Below, piece by piece: positions 23,927-36,951 of a DNA stretch of 64,000 nucleotides. The position numbers were made by a program, and so were the translations under genes. Source of the DNA: Trichodelitschia bisporula. Its lineage: Eukaryota. Within the stretch, counting starts at the first letter, position 1, and the number at the start of each line of letters is the position of its first letter. Location of the stretch: contig ML996705.1 in assembly GCA_010356995.1 (NCBI GenBank), forward strand, positions 496,001-560,000. Direction: 5' to 3'. The notes beneath the pieces were generated by a model. That model was not told the DNA's origin. It was given only the letters and a program-made list of their open reading frames with translations, and made no database searches.

Positions 23927-26900
23927 CGTTGAAAGGGGGTTGGGCGATGGGTACTGGAGGTAGGACGACCCAGATGTTCGAGAGCGTGATGACCGGGTGG
24001 TTGAAAACTTGAAGGGACGGCGAGCCCCAGATTTCAAATAGTTGTATAGGTATCTTCTCGGATAGGTTAGCACCAACGTGACGGATAACACCTCGGGTTG
24101 ATAGCAACATTTTAGCGAATCTCAGACAGGCAGTTGTCCTCAGTTCCAAGATTGTGACGATCGTGAGGAGGAGTAGATATTCGAAGTACTGGATGCACGA
24201 ATATCGGGTCAAAGAAGGCGGACCCTGTATATCTGCGAGACTAGGAGGGTCAGATTTATCCAAAGCGATTGAACGGAACAGAGTCCGGAAGACAAAAGGA
24301 TCAACTATAGTTCTAGTTGCTAGAGGTGTGGCGGTGCAGGTGGGAGGCAGCCTGTGGCGCCATCAACGTGTCTGCGTTGTCCGCAGTACCCACGCACACC
24401 GTATGAAGCGAGGCGCGCGTGCCCATAGAAGTGCCGTGCTTTTGACTCCAAGTGGCATTTCGTGTGGCTGGAAGACGGAAAGCAGAGTCGTCTCCATATG
24501 ATTTGCCAGGCCCTGTTAGCCATGCTGACGCGCGCGAGGTCTTGATGATTCCGGTTTCCAAGTGAAAGTCGAGTATTCGATAATCCGCAATCCAAATTTT
24601 AGTGTAAAAAGCGGTACAACTGAGCGAGCGTTGTCAGCTGGGAGGACCAGCTTTAAGATAGCTGTCCTAGCCGCCGGGGGAGGCGCCACAATGAAGGTCG
24701 CATACGGCGGCTGAAAAGAAAGACAAGGAAGCCTATCAATGATGTCTCATGCGGAGCCTGTCCAGGCTCGAAAATATTGGATTTACTAGTTTATTATCAG
24801 CGCAAGTAACTTAGAGAGTTTGAAGCTGAAGGCGCGGGTGCGACCTTTTGCTCACGGCAGGATTTTAACCTTGCCGAACTGTGAGGCAATCCAGGGCCAC
24901 ACCTACTTCCAAATACCGAGCCTTCTAAATCTGCCCCACTCTCTTTGATATGACAGCTTTCGTGGAGATACTCTTGCGAGAGAGCAACCGGCATGGGACA
25001 GGCAACCTTTCAGCTTCTGCGTCTTCTGCCATCCGTGGACCTGATGATCATCTGTCCGTCTGCTTAGCACTAGCAATTGCGGGGGAATGCCATGCAGAGC
25101 CCTGCTCAGTGTCGCAGTCGTCACTCGCGCTATTCGGTCGAATGATAAGCCTTTCTCGACTGCCGAAGACCAAAAAGCTCTACATTGCGTTTAAATATGC
25201 AAGCCAAGCTCGATTGGGGTCGGGGATGTCCTGTAGCAGGTCGAGAAGGTCTCCATGCACCTAGCACTTCAGCATGCCGGAACCATGCGAGATGCGAGCA
25301 TGATAAGCGATGAACATCCAAGGAGGTAAGGCTGTGATGTTCCATTGCCCAGACTAACTCGAGGTGCAGAGATCAGTCGAGGCTCAATCCCAGCTGGTGA
25401 ATTGGCGTTTATGGTTCAACTTGCTAAGTCCAGAGAGGATCGTCGGTTTAGATCTGAAATCAAATTGGCGGGAATATCACCACATTGCTCCGGGCGCTTG
25501 GGGGACCATCGGCCGCATGGGCTTAAGGGTTGCAAATAGATGTTACCAGAGACCCAGAAATGTCAGTAAGTGTTCAAAGCGGGAATGGCATACCGGTACC
25601 TAGCAGCCTTGATGAATCTGCTCCCCGGTTTGCGCCATGTGGTGGTGAAAGATGCTTTCCCACGCATTGCAACGAGGAGGCAAGGTCGTTAAAGCTCTTT
25701 TCAACTCAAATTGCTGCAAGCGAAGCTGATCCGAGGCGTAGGGCTACTGTAGTTGGTTGAAGCATAGACCTACGAGTGAGAAAGTCATTTATGGCAGCTT
25801 TACCCACTTCCAGTATCCAAAAGGTCATACCCTTCTAGCCCGGTCCCGCGCCAGGAAACCGACAGTGCCTCGGATTCCCACGGAGCCTTGATCCTTGGGG
25901 CCAACGAGCCAGCAAAAGGTCAATGCAGTATCCAAGAGCTCCGCATCCATCGCAGGTTTCGCCACAGAAAGGACATGTTCTCGCCTCACGAGTTGTGAGC
26001 CTGTCGCTAGCAAACAGAGCAGCGGCTCCTCCCAACTCCTTTTAGCTGAAGGACACCCGTAGGAACAAGCAAATGCATCATGTGTCCGTTTGGATGCTGC
26101 AGCAGTTGCGCTGCGAGGCTGTGTCTCTGTCAAGTGTAAGCCGACGTTGAGTTACTGCCAATTTCCCCCCCGGCGATGATCTTGTACAGCCAAACCATCA
26201 AGAGCCCAGAAAGCAGCCGAGTCAAAGCAGAAGTCCTGGCGTTCTGTAGCTTCGATAATGACGTTGAGAGGAGACATCGTGGCCACTATTGATGCGGTTA
26301 TGGTCGGTCGTTGATGACTGCCGGACTTCCCCTTGGCCTTCCATTTTTTGGGCACGGACCCTTTTTTGCAACACCGCCAACCCGATTATTGAAACATCCT
26401 CAGGTGCGCCTTTCAACTCTTTCATACTCGATAGCATCCTTACTTCACCCACTGGAAGCCTGCTTCGATCGCTAGGGTTGTGCCACCGAGACGGCGATCG
26501 AGCCAGATGCAAGAGCCAACCCTCATCCTTGACCCCATCCCATCAACTCTTCAGAAGCTTTATCGGTGCTAGCAAGGTGCGTTGCGCTCAATATATTGAC
26601 TATAGGCTCTTGAGATGGCTGCTAAAGTTACCTAGTTCGATTAGCTCTTCGTTCAGCTTCGTGGTCCAATCAAGAGAATGTTTGACCAGCGGGCATGGAT
26701 AACCAGGCCAATAACGACTATTTAAATAGATATGCGCCAGTCAGGTGCTGCAGAGCAATGATCTCGGCTAGTATATTGCGCACTAGTTCTAGACGGTGGC
26801 GTCTAATCTATCCCCAAACTCCATCCCTAACTACGGTATCCTCATGAACGGTGCCAACTGATTGGATCATAGCAACCGCCTTGAATGATACTTCTCAGCT

Positions 26901-28898
26901 CCGCCTTCCCCAACGTCATAGCCGGCCACAACCTTAACTGCCACTTACAATCACGTCCCAGAGTTTCCTAATCAGGCAAGACTCTGAGCGCGTCCTAAGA
27001 ATGTGGTTCAGGAGTCTTCTCTTCATTATAAGCTCCCTTCAGGAAGGATGATGTCGAAATGTTTGCACCATGCGAAGAGAGATGTTGCCTCTTTCGGGAT
27101 TGAGAGGCGCTCGAAGGTGAACGCGAACAACAGCAGTTGATATAATACTATAGGATTCAGGCGTCAATTAAATGCTTTCTTGAACCATACAGACGATGAA
27201 CGACGTAACTTTCAGCTCAGTAAGCATCACCTGCTCCTTGTACAGTCTCTAACTCACCGGGAACGTTCCAACGGCGAAAGTGATGCTGCAGGCGGTGAAC
27301 GTTCCGACGCCTCACACCTACGGTACATCTTCCACAAACCACATGCTACTCACTGCCCGTTTACACGGACCCAAGCTCTAAGATGACCCGCTGCCAGCTA
27401 GCATCAAAAGGCCACCCGAGATAATCATCGCGGCCTCCCTCGGCCTTTTCCGATGGCCCTCAGGTCAAAGATCCCACCGACGGCTAAGGACCACCCAAAA
27501 TGTCATGACAACCCCATCCCGCAAAATCGTCCAAGGGAGGCGGCTATGATTATTTTTGGGCGGCCATTGGGCATCGATGTACGGTAAAGTGCCGTGGGCG
27601 GTAAGCTCTCTGATATTCGGCTGTCATGGGAGGATACCATCTCTCCCATGTCAAGTGGCCACATGCCCTGTATAGGTCACGTGACTCGGTAAGATTGATG
27701 CCAGATGCTGCAATTCCAGCCCCGGCTGGACTTGCCGGGTGAGGGCTTGGCACTGGCCTGTGCGCTAGCACCCCAGCTCCCCGACACTCCACATTCAGAC
27801 GCGAAACCTTTACATAGTTCTTCAAGCTTTCAATGAATGTTATTCCACAACCAATGCTGTGCAACCAGTGATTTGTGCGCCCCTGACATCGGCAAAGCAT
27901 TAACTAATGACGACACACAGCCATATACGTCACCATGGTGGGGGTGCAAGCCCCACCATCAAACCCTCAGCCCTTTTATGGGCCTAGATGCCCTCAAACT
28001 CCTCTCCGGTCATTAGCAACTTAGGACGGCAGCTAACTGGACGACATGTTGATTTTGCGCTGCAAGCGGATGTCAGTGCGATGTTGGCCGAGGGGGAAGT
28101 TGCTTTTTCCCTCAGACGCGATCTTTCGCCGCTGGAGCCTGGCGCCATTTGGTGCCCAAATGGCCTCTCCAAAACACCAATTTTAGCCGCGCGCTGGTAT
28201 GCACAAGTACCATACTTCTCAAGTTGCCTCACCACTTGTCGTGATGGTATTGGACTACACTGACCCGGGTGAGATTTTGCCTCTTCGTTGAGTCAACGAG
28301 ATTTGAGGTTTGCGGGTGCTCGATCTAGGCTTTTGACTCTTTGTTGAGAAGACTTGGACTTGTATCGCACTCACTTCCATGCGGCTCTTCGGGGTACGAT
28401 TCGATTGTACTGGGGTCAGTGCATTGGCGAAGTCTGCTTAACATCGATACGGTCGGTTAGGACTTCTGAAGACAATGAGTTGTACACCGCTATGCTATTG
28501 ATAAATACATGGCTCATAACTCGCAAGACATCACCGCCGACCAGCTCCAAGAAATGAACGCCCCCAAGTACACTTTTAATTCGGAGCCTGCGGATACAGA
28601 GTTCATGGTGGAAGAGCAGACCTGCTGGCCCTCCTAACCCTGAAATATATACAAGAAGTGTGACATCCAGAAACGCCCCACCTGACTGGGCCATGCCAAT
28701 TGGATCAGTGCCATGATAGAGTTATATTCATCCTCGGCGGTAGGACCGAGAGGTAGGCGAGACTCCCCTTCATAGCTGTTAGCTTCATACCAGCGTAAAC
28801 CTCACCGGGATGGCTTACTTTAAGAACCCTACGACCCTTTCCGTGAAGGACAAAGTGTCGGCAGGCTCGGTAGCAGAACCATCGAGCAGCTCAAGCGT

Positions 28899-30443
28899 TC
28901 AACCAGGCGGTCTTAAGGGGCAATTGTCATGCCGATCTATTGGCCCCATCATCTGGTCGCAGAATGGGCATGGTATGCGCCCTTTGCATGTACGGTCATG
29001 TCGCAACTGATTATCAGGCCGACGAACCAGTGTATCGCAATATGGGCATATCGTAGCGGTGTCGCTATGGCCATCATGAGAGGCTTCATGGCGACCTCGG
29101 GAGCGGGAGTCCTTAAAACTGCGTTGGCAGCCTGGTCTTCTGCAGTGGAAATTCCTTTCGACATGTACGTTCTTTTTGTGCGCTCTGGACTTTATTAGCC
29201 TTGTGATGATTGAGTAAAGGAATCGGGATAAGCACTTCAAAGCTTTGGGGGAGGAAAATAACATGGAACACTCATCACACGGAACGTCAGGACCGTTAGG
29301 AACTCGTCTACTGAAGCTGGATAAGTTGGTACTTGCAGGAGTCGCATGACGTCGGGTAGCTCTGGCCCGTCGCGGCTGGAGTATCGGTGGTGGATTGGTG
29401 TCGACGGGGTGGGGCCTGGAGATCACGCCCCCGAAGCCATCGCTCGTGGAGAGGGGGCCGTGTTGTGCCACTGCTGATGACAGCGCATGCGGTTCTCTCC
29501 GTAAAGTGATAGAGTCGAGTTCAGAAGCTCGGAGCCCATGGACTGGATTCCGAGACGGTCCTGATGGCGATGAGTCTTGAACCCGGCGCGGATGGCGTCG
29601 CGGAGTCTGCAAGACCTGACCAAACATTTCAATTGTTGAAGACAGAAGGTGCCGATGATTATTTTCATGTCCCGCGACGACTGAAATATAGGTTCTGTTT
29701 GGATCATAGAAAACAGGACTGCGGTCGCCGTATTGTATAGGTTGAAATGAAGTGTTGCCCCAAACCAGCTGAAGCCATGTCTCAGCGTCAACCCTAGGAA
29801 CGGAGTAGTTCGCGAATTCAAAGCTTTCGGGAGGCTTTTCTGTCATCCGGATGACGTCTGGGCCAGGATGATACAAACTGGAGTATGGGACGTTGAACGA
29901 AGCCAAAGGGTCAGGAGGAGGCTGGTGCTGGTTGATGCTCGTAGAAGGGTCGCTGAACTGACCATTCGGTCCGTTACCAAAATCCCGTCCGTCATGATCC
30001 GGCACCCCTTGGTTGATGGTATGCAAATTGAAGCTCGAGTCGTCAGGCCAAGGAGGAGGAAAAGTCGCACGATACATTTGCGAAGTGTTGATCGACGGTG
30101 ACCCAGCGTAAGATGAGGGCTCCTCGTCTTCATCGATCATGTAAAGCTCGCCGGGGATGTTGCGCCGTACGTTGTGGGGGTTCTCGCCTGCTCCATGTAG
30201 AAGGTAATCCATGGTTGCACCAGGCCACCCATTCGGACGCTCTTCATCGCCCGTCGTCGGTGCCTCATGAAAATGCTCGTCGCCAGGAGGCGCAGGCGGC
30301 TCTGACGGATTTGTCACCAGTCTTTCGAGATTGAATGTCATGCCGGCCTCCAGGGCGGGGTGAAGCTGGCCCCTCGACGGCGCCGTGTGGCTGCGCAAAA
30401 AGTCCTCGTCGGAGGCGGAAGGCGAAGGTTCTGTCCAGCTCAT
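28899..30443 (-). CDS. C2H2-type zinc-finger protein, putative transcription factor (ZnF-B). Intron 29235-29185
   Basis: Acidic/Pro-rich N-terminus; CDECSMLFSSPKALK|AHKKNVH, FHCRRPGCQRSFKDSRSRGRHEASH, CPYCDTLVRRPDNQLRHDRTC, CPFCDQMMGPIDRHDNC. Intron gtgctt...gctaat...ccag. Confidence 0.88.
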   Translation of the reverse strand: MSWTEPSPSASDEDFLRSHTAPSRGQLHPALEAGMTFNLERLVTNPSEPPAPPGDEHFHEAPTTGDEERPNGWPGATMDYLLHGAGENPHNVRRNIPGELYMIDEDEEPSSYAGSPSINTSQMYRATFPPPWPDDSSFNLHTINQGVPDHDGRDFGNGPNGQFSDPSTSINQHQPPPDPLASFNVPYSSLYHPGPDVIRMTEKPPESFEFANYSVPRVDAETWLQLVWGNTSFQPIQYGDRSPVFYDPNRTYISVVAGHENNHRHLLSSTIEMFGQVLQTPRRHPRRVQDSSPSGPSRNPVHGLRASELDSITLRREPHALSSAVAQHGPLSTSDGFGGVISRPHPVDTNPPPILQPRRARATRRHATPASTNLSSFSRRVPNGPDVPCDECSMLFSSPKALKCLSRFLYSIITRLIKSRAHKKNVHVERNFHCRRPGCQRSFKDSRSRGRHEASHDGHSDTATICPYCDTLVRRPDNQLRHDRTCKGRIPCPFCDQMMGPIDRHDNCPLRPPG

Positions 30444-32420
30444 TGTTGGAAAGTATGAAGCGGGAAAAGTGAGGGATGGAATGAACCCTGAGAATCTGGA
30501 AAAGGAGGACCTTTAGTCAACCGTGTTACCGTAAGAGTGCTGGCGCAGGAGGTGCAGGTGGGGCGGGGGGGCTCTGTCGTGTACTGTGATTCGGTACAGC
30601 GGGGTACTTGAGGCCGATGGTGGTAGGAAGGAGCTGTCTACGAAGAAATGCGTAGCCGCTCAAGGGGCGCGCGACGCTCTATAAGTCTCGCTTGCAGCGC
30701 TAAAAGCAATACGGACAGACGAGAACATGAGCTTGAGGAAGAGCATGCATGCACAAGACAAGAGGAGGGAGAAGTGAAGGTAAGGGACTTACGCCTGCGA
30801 GAGGCCCGCGAGAGGCCCAAAGAGGCTGAAAGAGGCCGAGCCCAAGGCGAAGAACTCCCCCTGTAGTGTCTCAATACAAAAGAATCGTGGCCCTCTGTAA
30901 CTGGGGCAGTATTTAGGAAGTGATGCTCCATGAGTCCTTCCTCAAGGGGAGCGCTGGTCATTGGGGCGAAGGCCCGGCAAGGCCACCGCGAGGGAGGCCG
31001 CTTCGGCCCGGTCCGCGGGACTCGGGAACGAACCGGGAGTAAAGACCGAAGCACAAGCATTGATGCCATATCCCGTGATGTTGAGGTGAGAGGCCGATCT
31101 CGAATTTCCACCTGCACCTATGCTGGGAAAGTGTATGGTGGACGGGTGCTGGGGCTGTAAATAGGCCGTCTCAAGAGCTTGCAGGACTACCCATGGGCAG
31201 AAGGATCGAGTCGCAAAGGGTTCAAGCTGTCTCTCGGGGAAGCGAGGGAGCTTAAGAAGAGCCTCAAAGCTACCGGGTATGTGATAAGGCTTGGGGTGCA
31301 ACCAATGATTCTTGCGTTTAAGGCTGAAGGTCGAAGCCATAACTTTTTACTACGTTACCCATGGCGAAGCTGCAGCCGCTAAATGGGTTTTTTTACCACC
31401 CGCATGGACGGCACCGGATGAGGAGGTTGGGCTGGCTGGCGAGTTCGCTTCCGATGTTGCGGACATATAAGTTGATCGGGATTCCAAGCCAGGGCGTCTC
31501 CCAACCAAACTCTTCGGCGCTGAGGCTCGAGGATCGAGCATCCACTATTTCGAAAACCCATCGCGGTGGAGATAGTGATGCTGGTTTGGTTTTCCTCACG
31601 AGTTCCAGAGGCTGGCGCTTGTTGGCGGCTGAGATGAGCCTTCTGATCAAAAAGGTGGCTGTTGTGGCTGCCAGGATTTCATGCAAGTAACCCGGAACGG
31701 CTCGTCAACGAATCGCGTCATATATTGTGGCAAGCCGGGGATGTCTTGAGCCCTGGGAGAAAGTGGAAAATGCTATTCCCGCCTTTAGATAAGAGAGGGA
31801 GGGACTGGCATAATTGGAATTGGATGTCCAAGGCTCTGCTTTTATGCCGTTGGCTTTTCTGGCACCAGAACTGAGCAAGATCAGGGGAGGATGCACTCGA
31901 GGCTGCATTCTAGCCTTGCCAGCACAGTTGTTCGGTTCTAGGAGACCCTAAGATGGAGAATCCTAAGATAGAGAGCCTGTCAACAAGTTAGCCGATGGAT
32001 ACTGGGGAGGGTATGTTTTGATCATGGACGGATATTGGAGCGCATTGCTGACGGCTGCGTAGCTGGTGGGTACCGCTCGGGTTTTCAACAGCATTCCGAT
32101 ATAGCCGAGGCACAAACACCGGCTGCTCTATTTTTCTCTCCCCCGAGACGACACATCAGTTGAAGATATTGCCTTGAGCGAGACACGCTGTGGTGAGTAG
32201 TGCGATCAGTCTGCACAAAAAAAAACTTGAGAATAGTGGCAACATTGGCCATCGTAAGGTTGGAGCCTAAAGGTGATTAGTTATCCATGTTCGTCCATGT
32301 TCGTCTTCACTCCGGAAGCTCGCAACTCCAGCTTTCCATCGGATGGGGACCGTCCGGCACAAAATGTTTGATGTACCCTGGAGCCGAACGGGTGAGCGTC
32401 GCGTTGCCGGAGGCGCAACC

Positions 32421-32480
32421 AACGGCCCGTAACGCCAACGACCCGTAACGCGAATGACCCGTAACGCCAAAGGCCCGGAA
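32421..32480. repeat. 16-bp minisatellite, 3 full copies plus a partial (AAyGrCCCGTAACGCs)
   Basis: aacggcccgtaacgcc / aacgacccgtaacgcg / aatgacccgtaacgcc / aaaggcccggaa. Confidence 0.85.
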
Positions 32481-33992
32481 GGTTAAAGGAGTTGTGTGTA
32501 TCGGCAGCCATCATACCACATGCCGGAGCTCGCAATGCTTGTATAATGATTGTAGTCCAGAGCAAGTTCCGGAGCCACCAGCCACCAAAGTGAATACCGT
32601 CTCAACCCCCCTCAAGATGACACCGAGGGCCCTTACGGCTCGCAAAAGCGCCGAAAGCGTGCCTTTCAAAGTCCCAACATCCTCGAAGACGGAATTTTAG
32701 AAGGAAATGGGCCATTAATTGCAGGGCGGAGCGGTTTGGAGTCTTCCCTATGAGTCAGGGTTTTCCGTTGATCGTTACTTGTATCCGCCCATCACACAAC
32801 TGGAGGCGCTCTATACTGGTGAAAAGCATAGCGAATTTGAACTCAAGAGAAAGGAAGTACCTTTGTGGTGTTCGGACTCGAGGACGTATCGTAATAGCGT
32901 CATAAGGGTAGAGGAGTGGTCCGGCGGAGTCCGGGTCCGAGGCGCGCTTTCCTCCCTCGCGCGCGCACGGTTCAATAGCTCGAGTAACGTCGTCCTCCGC
33001 TCTCGTGAGCGAGATTCCACTCGGAGTACATATACAATGCTTGAATTTGCCTGCAAGAAGGAGGTCGACATTCTGATCGCAACAGAATTCTCCGAATAAT
33101 AGGGCAAGGAACGCCACACCCCTTCACACTTCTGAGGAGAATATGTAACTCGCCTCCTCAGCGAAGATCATCAGTCTGTAACCTTTCCAACACCTTCGTT
33201 TCGTGCTTGGAGCTACTCACTTTGTAGATTTTCTCGATCTCCGTCAAATTTGTCCTTTCCTTGGTGGCTATCAACTCGCGGGCAACTCTGGCGTCCAACC
33301 AGTGCAGTTGAACTCATGCTTCGAGTCATAGAACCAGCCTGCCAGCTCAATCCACTATTGAAGTCAACAACCACTGCTCGCCCTTCATGAAGAACGCGGG
33401 ATTGGACATCAGATGCCCTTCGGCCAAGGCAAAGCCGGTTGGAAGACGAACCTACGCCCGGCAGCAATGCACTTGGCCCAAAGCAAAAGGAGTACAAGGT
33501 TCAAGGCCGTAGTGGGTTTCCTCCTCTCAGTGCAGATGGTGGCAGACTTATATTTCCATCCGAACAGTTCAGCTCGCGTCATATCAGGCTTTCTGCACCG
33601 GCCTCAGGGCTCAGCCAAAGTCGAGAGCGGCGAAGTTGAGGCCCTTTTCAGCCTTGTACTGATCGCCTATATCTACGTTGCCTCAAGCCTGACCTTCCCG
33701 TCGACGGATCGCGCACAATGAAACGATTCTGCCTGCGCGCTGGCTTTCTAGAGGCCTCTGTATATGAGCTGGAAATGAGCCTACGCGCTCTCGCCAGGCT
33801 GCTTCCTTTGCTATCTGGTATGGCTCCAGTGCCCTTGGTGAGCTAACTTGCTAAAAACTGCGGCAGTGCTCGCGGCCTCACCAGAAAGTCTGCTACACCA
33901 CAAGTCGCGGTAGGCTAGACGCTGCCTCCAACTTCATCATCGGTTCTCTCGCCGTCGTTTCCAATGTCATAGCCGGCGTGGACATGAATCCA

Positions 33993-34062
33993 GTGTCTCC
34001 ATTTCATACCATCGGCGTGGTGTCTCCAGTTCATACCATCATCGTGGTGTCTCGATTCCATC
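33993..34062. repeat. 27-bp tandem repeat, 2 copies plus a degenerate partial
   Basis: gtgtctccatttcataccatcggcgtg / gtgtctccagttcataccatcatcgtg / gtgtctcgattccatc. Confidence 0.8.
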
Positions 34063-35420
34063 ACCACCCCGAAGCATTGGCAAACCCAACAAGCTTCCCC
34101 ACCGAGTAACTTCTGTGTCCTTGTACGTCGACCACAGAGTCTGAGCGAAGAACGAGCCATGATTGCGGCAATCAACCTCGCTGAATGCCTGATCACCCCA
34201 TGGGGTGAGAAGGTACGGTAGATACCCACAGCATCGCGTAAACCTAGAACCGTACGCCTGCCCACGGCAGAGATGTGCTTGATCCACTGCCTCCGCTTAC
34301 ACTATCAGGCTGATCGGAGGACAGAAGACGGCTGCGAGCTCAGCCATATCAGGTGAAGGCATTGCGATACTGTCCACCGCCTTCCTTCGCCAACGGGCAT
34401 TTCCTGTGCTCCAGTACAGAAAGCCCCAGAATCCCTCACGATGCCCGGCATACTGCTCCAACAACTCCAGTCTAACGGTTCACAAGTCTGATTTCAAATT
34501 GCTCAGGTCATGAGTCCGGAAAAGTGCTTATTTCCGTCAGAGCTGATGCGGCAATTTTGCCTGATCGCATCGTACCCCACCTACACTTCCACACACAAAA
34601 GACCTACCGTAATCAATACCATCCTCACTGCTACTAATAGACCCTCTGCAGTACCGCACGCTGGCATTCCCAGGTCATCTGATCCCGAAGCTTCCTCAAG
34701 CTCGACCTGTCAACATGCTTGGCGCATTCCACGACTGGCCCCGTAATACTCTCCGCCAATATTCCATGATGCCAGTGCTCAGAATAGACGCCGCACTTCA
34801 CGGTAAGGATCCGGCTCGGGCCGCATTACTCAGCCCTATCGGGTACTGCAGCAGAACATGACATCAACAACCACAAATCGGGGACGACAACATGACGCCC
34901 GAATAACTAAGATGGACTAGGCCCATGCGGAGTTCGCCCGGCTTCACTGTCTGCCAGGGCGATCATACACGGCCCGCACACGCCGCAATCATCCACTCGC
35001 ATGCAAAAACAATTGCGATTGCTAAATACACACTCCCAACCCTCGCCCTAAAGCCCAACCTTTTAACCCATCATGGCCGTCCACACTTCCAAAGAGTAAA
35101 AAAAAAGATCCTTTTCACTGCCCAGCTTCACATCACAGCCTTTCGTCCCCCCCCCCCCTTAGCCCCCACAGCGTGCATACGAGTATCCCCATCATAAGCA
35201 AAATGCTCTCTCACCCGTCCAGTATCAAAACGCCAACCAAAACGCCCAGATGCAGCATACATCCACAAGACGCAAAAAGTGCACAGCAAAAAAGCCACCC
35301 CGGGCGACGCAGCCGCCGCGACGCTGTCACAGTCCAAAAAAAGAAGCATCTCCAATGAAACCCCGACGATCGGCGCCAATGCGCATCATCAGTCCCTCCA
35401 GCATCCTACCACAGCAGGCC

Positions 35421-36907
35421 TTAGATAATGCACGGCAAAAACTGTCCCCGTTAGCTTCAATCCCCCCACCCGCGGGGTGCAAATACTCACATTCATAACA
35501 ATCAACATCGGCACCTCAAACACATCCCTCCTCACATTCCAGCAATACATGCAATCCACCATCCCCTCCTTCTCCCCCAGCCGATTAATCCCCGCCTCGC
35601 CCCCTATCCCCCCCGCCTCCGGGATCCCACCATCACCCTCCTCCCCCCGCTGCGCCGCCCGCTCCACATCCTCCGCCGTGCGATACTTGAGCAGCTTCCC
35701 CCGCCTTATCGCGCTGCCCATCGGATCCCCAAACGCGAGCTTCGCGTAGTCCTCGTAGAACTGCACCACGCTATCCTGGTCCATAATCTCCGCCATAAGC
35801 ACCGGCTGAGGCGGCGCCGTAGCCGCAGGCACAGGGCGCGCCGCCGCCGCCGTGGGCGATGAGTCCGGGCCGTTGGTCAGCGCGGGATCAGACGGGGCGC
35901 CGGTGCGACGCGGCGGCGGGGCCGCACCCCCCGTATTAACATTGAGATTCGGTTCGCGGCCCAGCAGAATAGCCTTCGACCACCCTGTCAAAATCGCAAA
36001 CTCCTTACTCGCCGCAATAATCGCGCCGTCGCGGCGCGTGATGAGCGTCGGGGTCCCGTACGAGTTGATGAAGTCCTGGTACTCAAACAATTTCCTCTGC
36101 ACACTAACCTCCATGAAAACCAGATCCTGCTCCGTGAGGCTCTGGCTGAAGGTTATGAGGGAAGGCCGGATGGCGGATAGGGCTTTGGCGATGCGCAGAC
36201 GCTTGTCGCTGGTGAAGCGCCGGGATATGAAGTTTAGCAGACGGTGAAAGCCCGCTGTGTACCCGTAGGGCCCTTTGACGTTGGAGTATATGTCGTCCGC
36301 GTTGCGCTTGCGCGGGCTCGTGTACGCGGCATCGGCGGACTTGGCGACTGTTGCGCGGGCGAAGGCGGGGCTCGCGAGTGCTTGCGCGTGCGTCGGCACG
36401 AAGGACACGGGTTCTTCGGTTTCGGGTGCGGTGGTCGTTTCGCCGGGACTAGCGGAGGCCATGCTGGGTGGTCCAGCGCCGATGGCGTAGGCGTGCGGGC
36501 CCGGCACCGATTGGGTGTGGAAGTCGATGTGGTCGATGCCGCGGACGATGGGGGTGTTGTGAGGGGTGTGCAGCTTTGAGCTCGTGGGGCGGGGGTTGGG
36601 TGTGTCCCAGTTTGCGGCGAGGAGGGCGTCTTGGGAGAACATGACTGTGCCGCCGATGGCGTCGTTTGTGAAGGGTTGTTGGTGCGGGTAGTGCCCTGTA
36701 GGCGTAGGGAGTTGGTGCTGGTTTTGCATGGCGGCTGGATTGGTGCTGAGCATGTCGACGTGCGTGGGGTCGCCAACGGAGCTGGATATGTTGCTCAGGA
36801 CGCTGAATTCTAGCGCGCCGTATTGGTTGCCGAAGTTTAGGGAGGCGATGTCGAAGTTGTAGATGGCGGGATCTGAGGGGTCGAAGGTGAAGGGGGTTTG
36901 TTGTTGT

Positions 36908-36951
<44 letters not shown>

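Noticed and set aside
32719..33850. Plus-strand ORF fragments including VDILIATE (helicase-like?)
   Set aside because: A single short resemblance with no other helicase motifs; cannot support a pseudogene call.
32421..34062. Short direct repeats as a CRISPR-like array
   Set aside because: Eukaryotic context, head-to-tail tandem units without spacers, and no cas genes.
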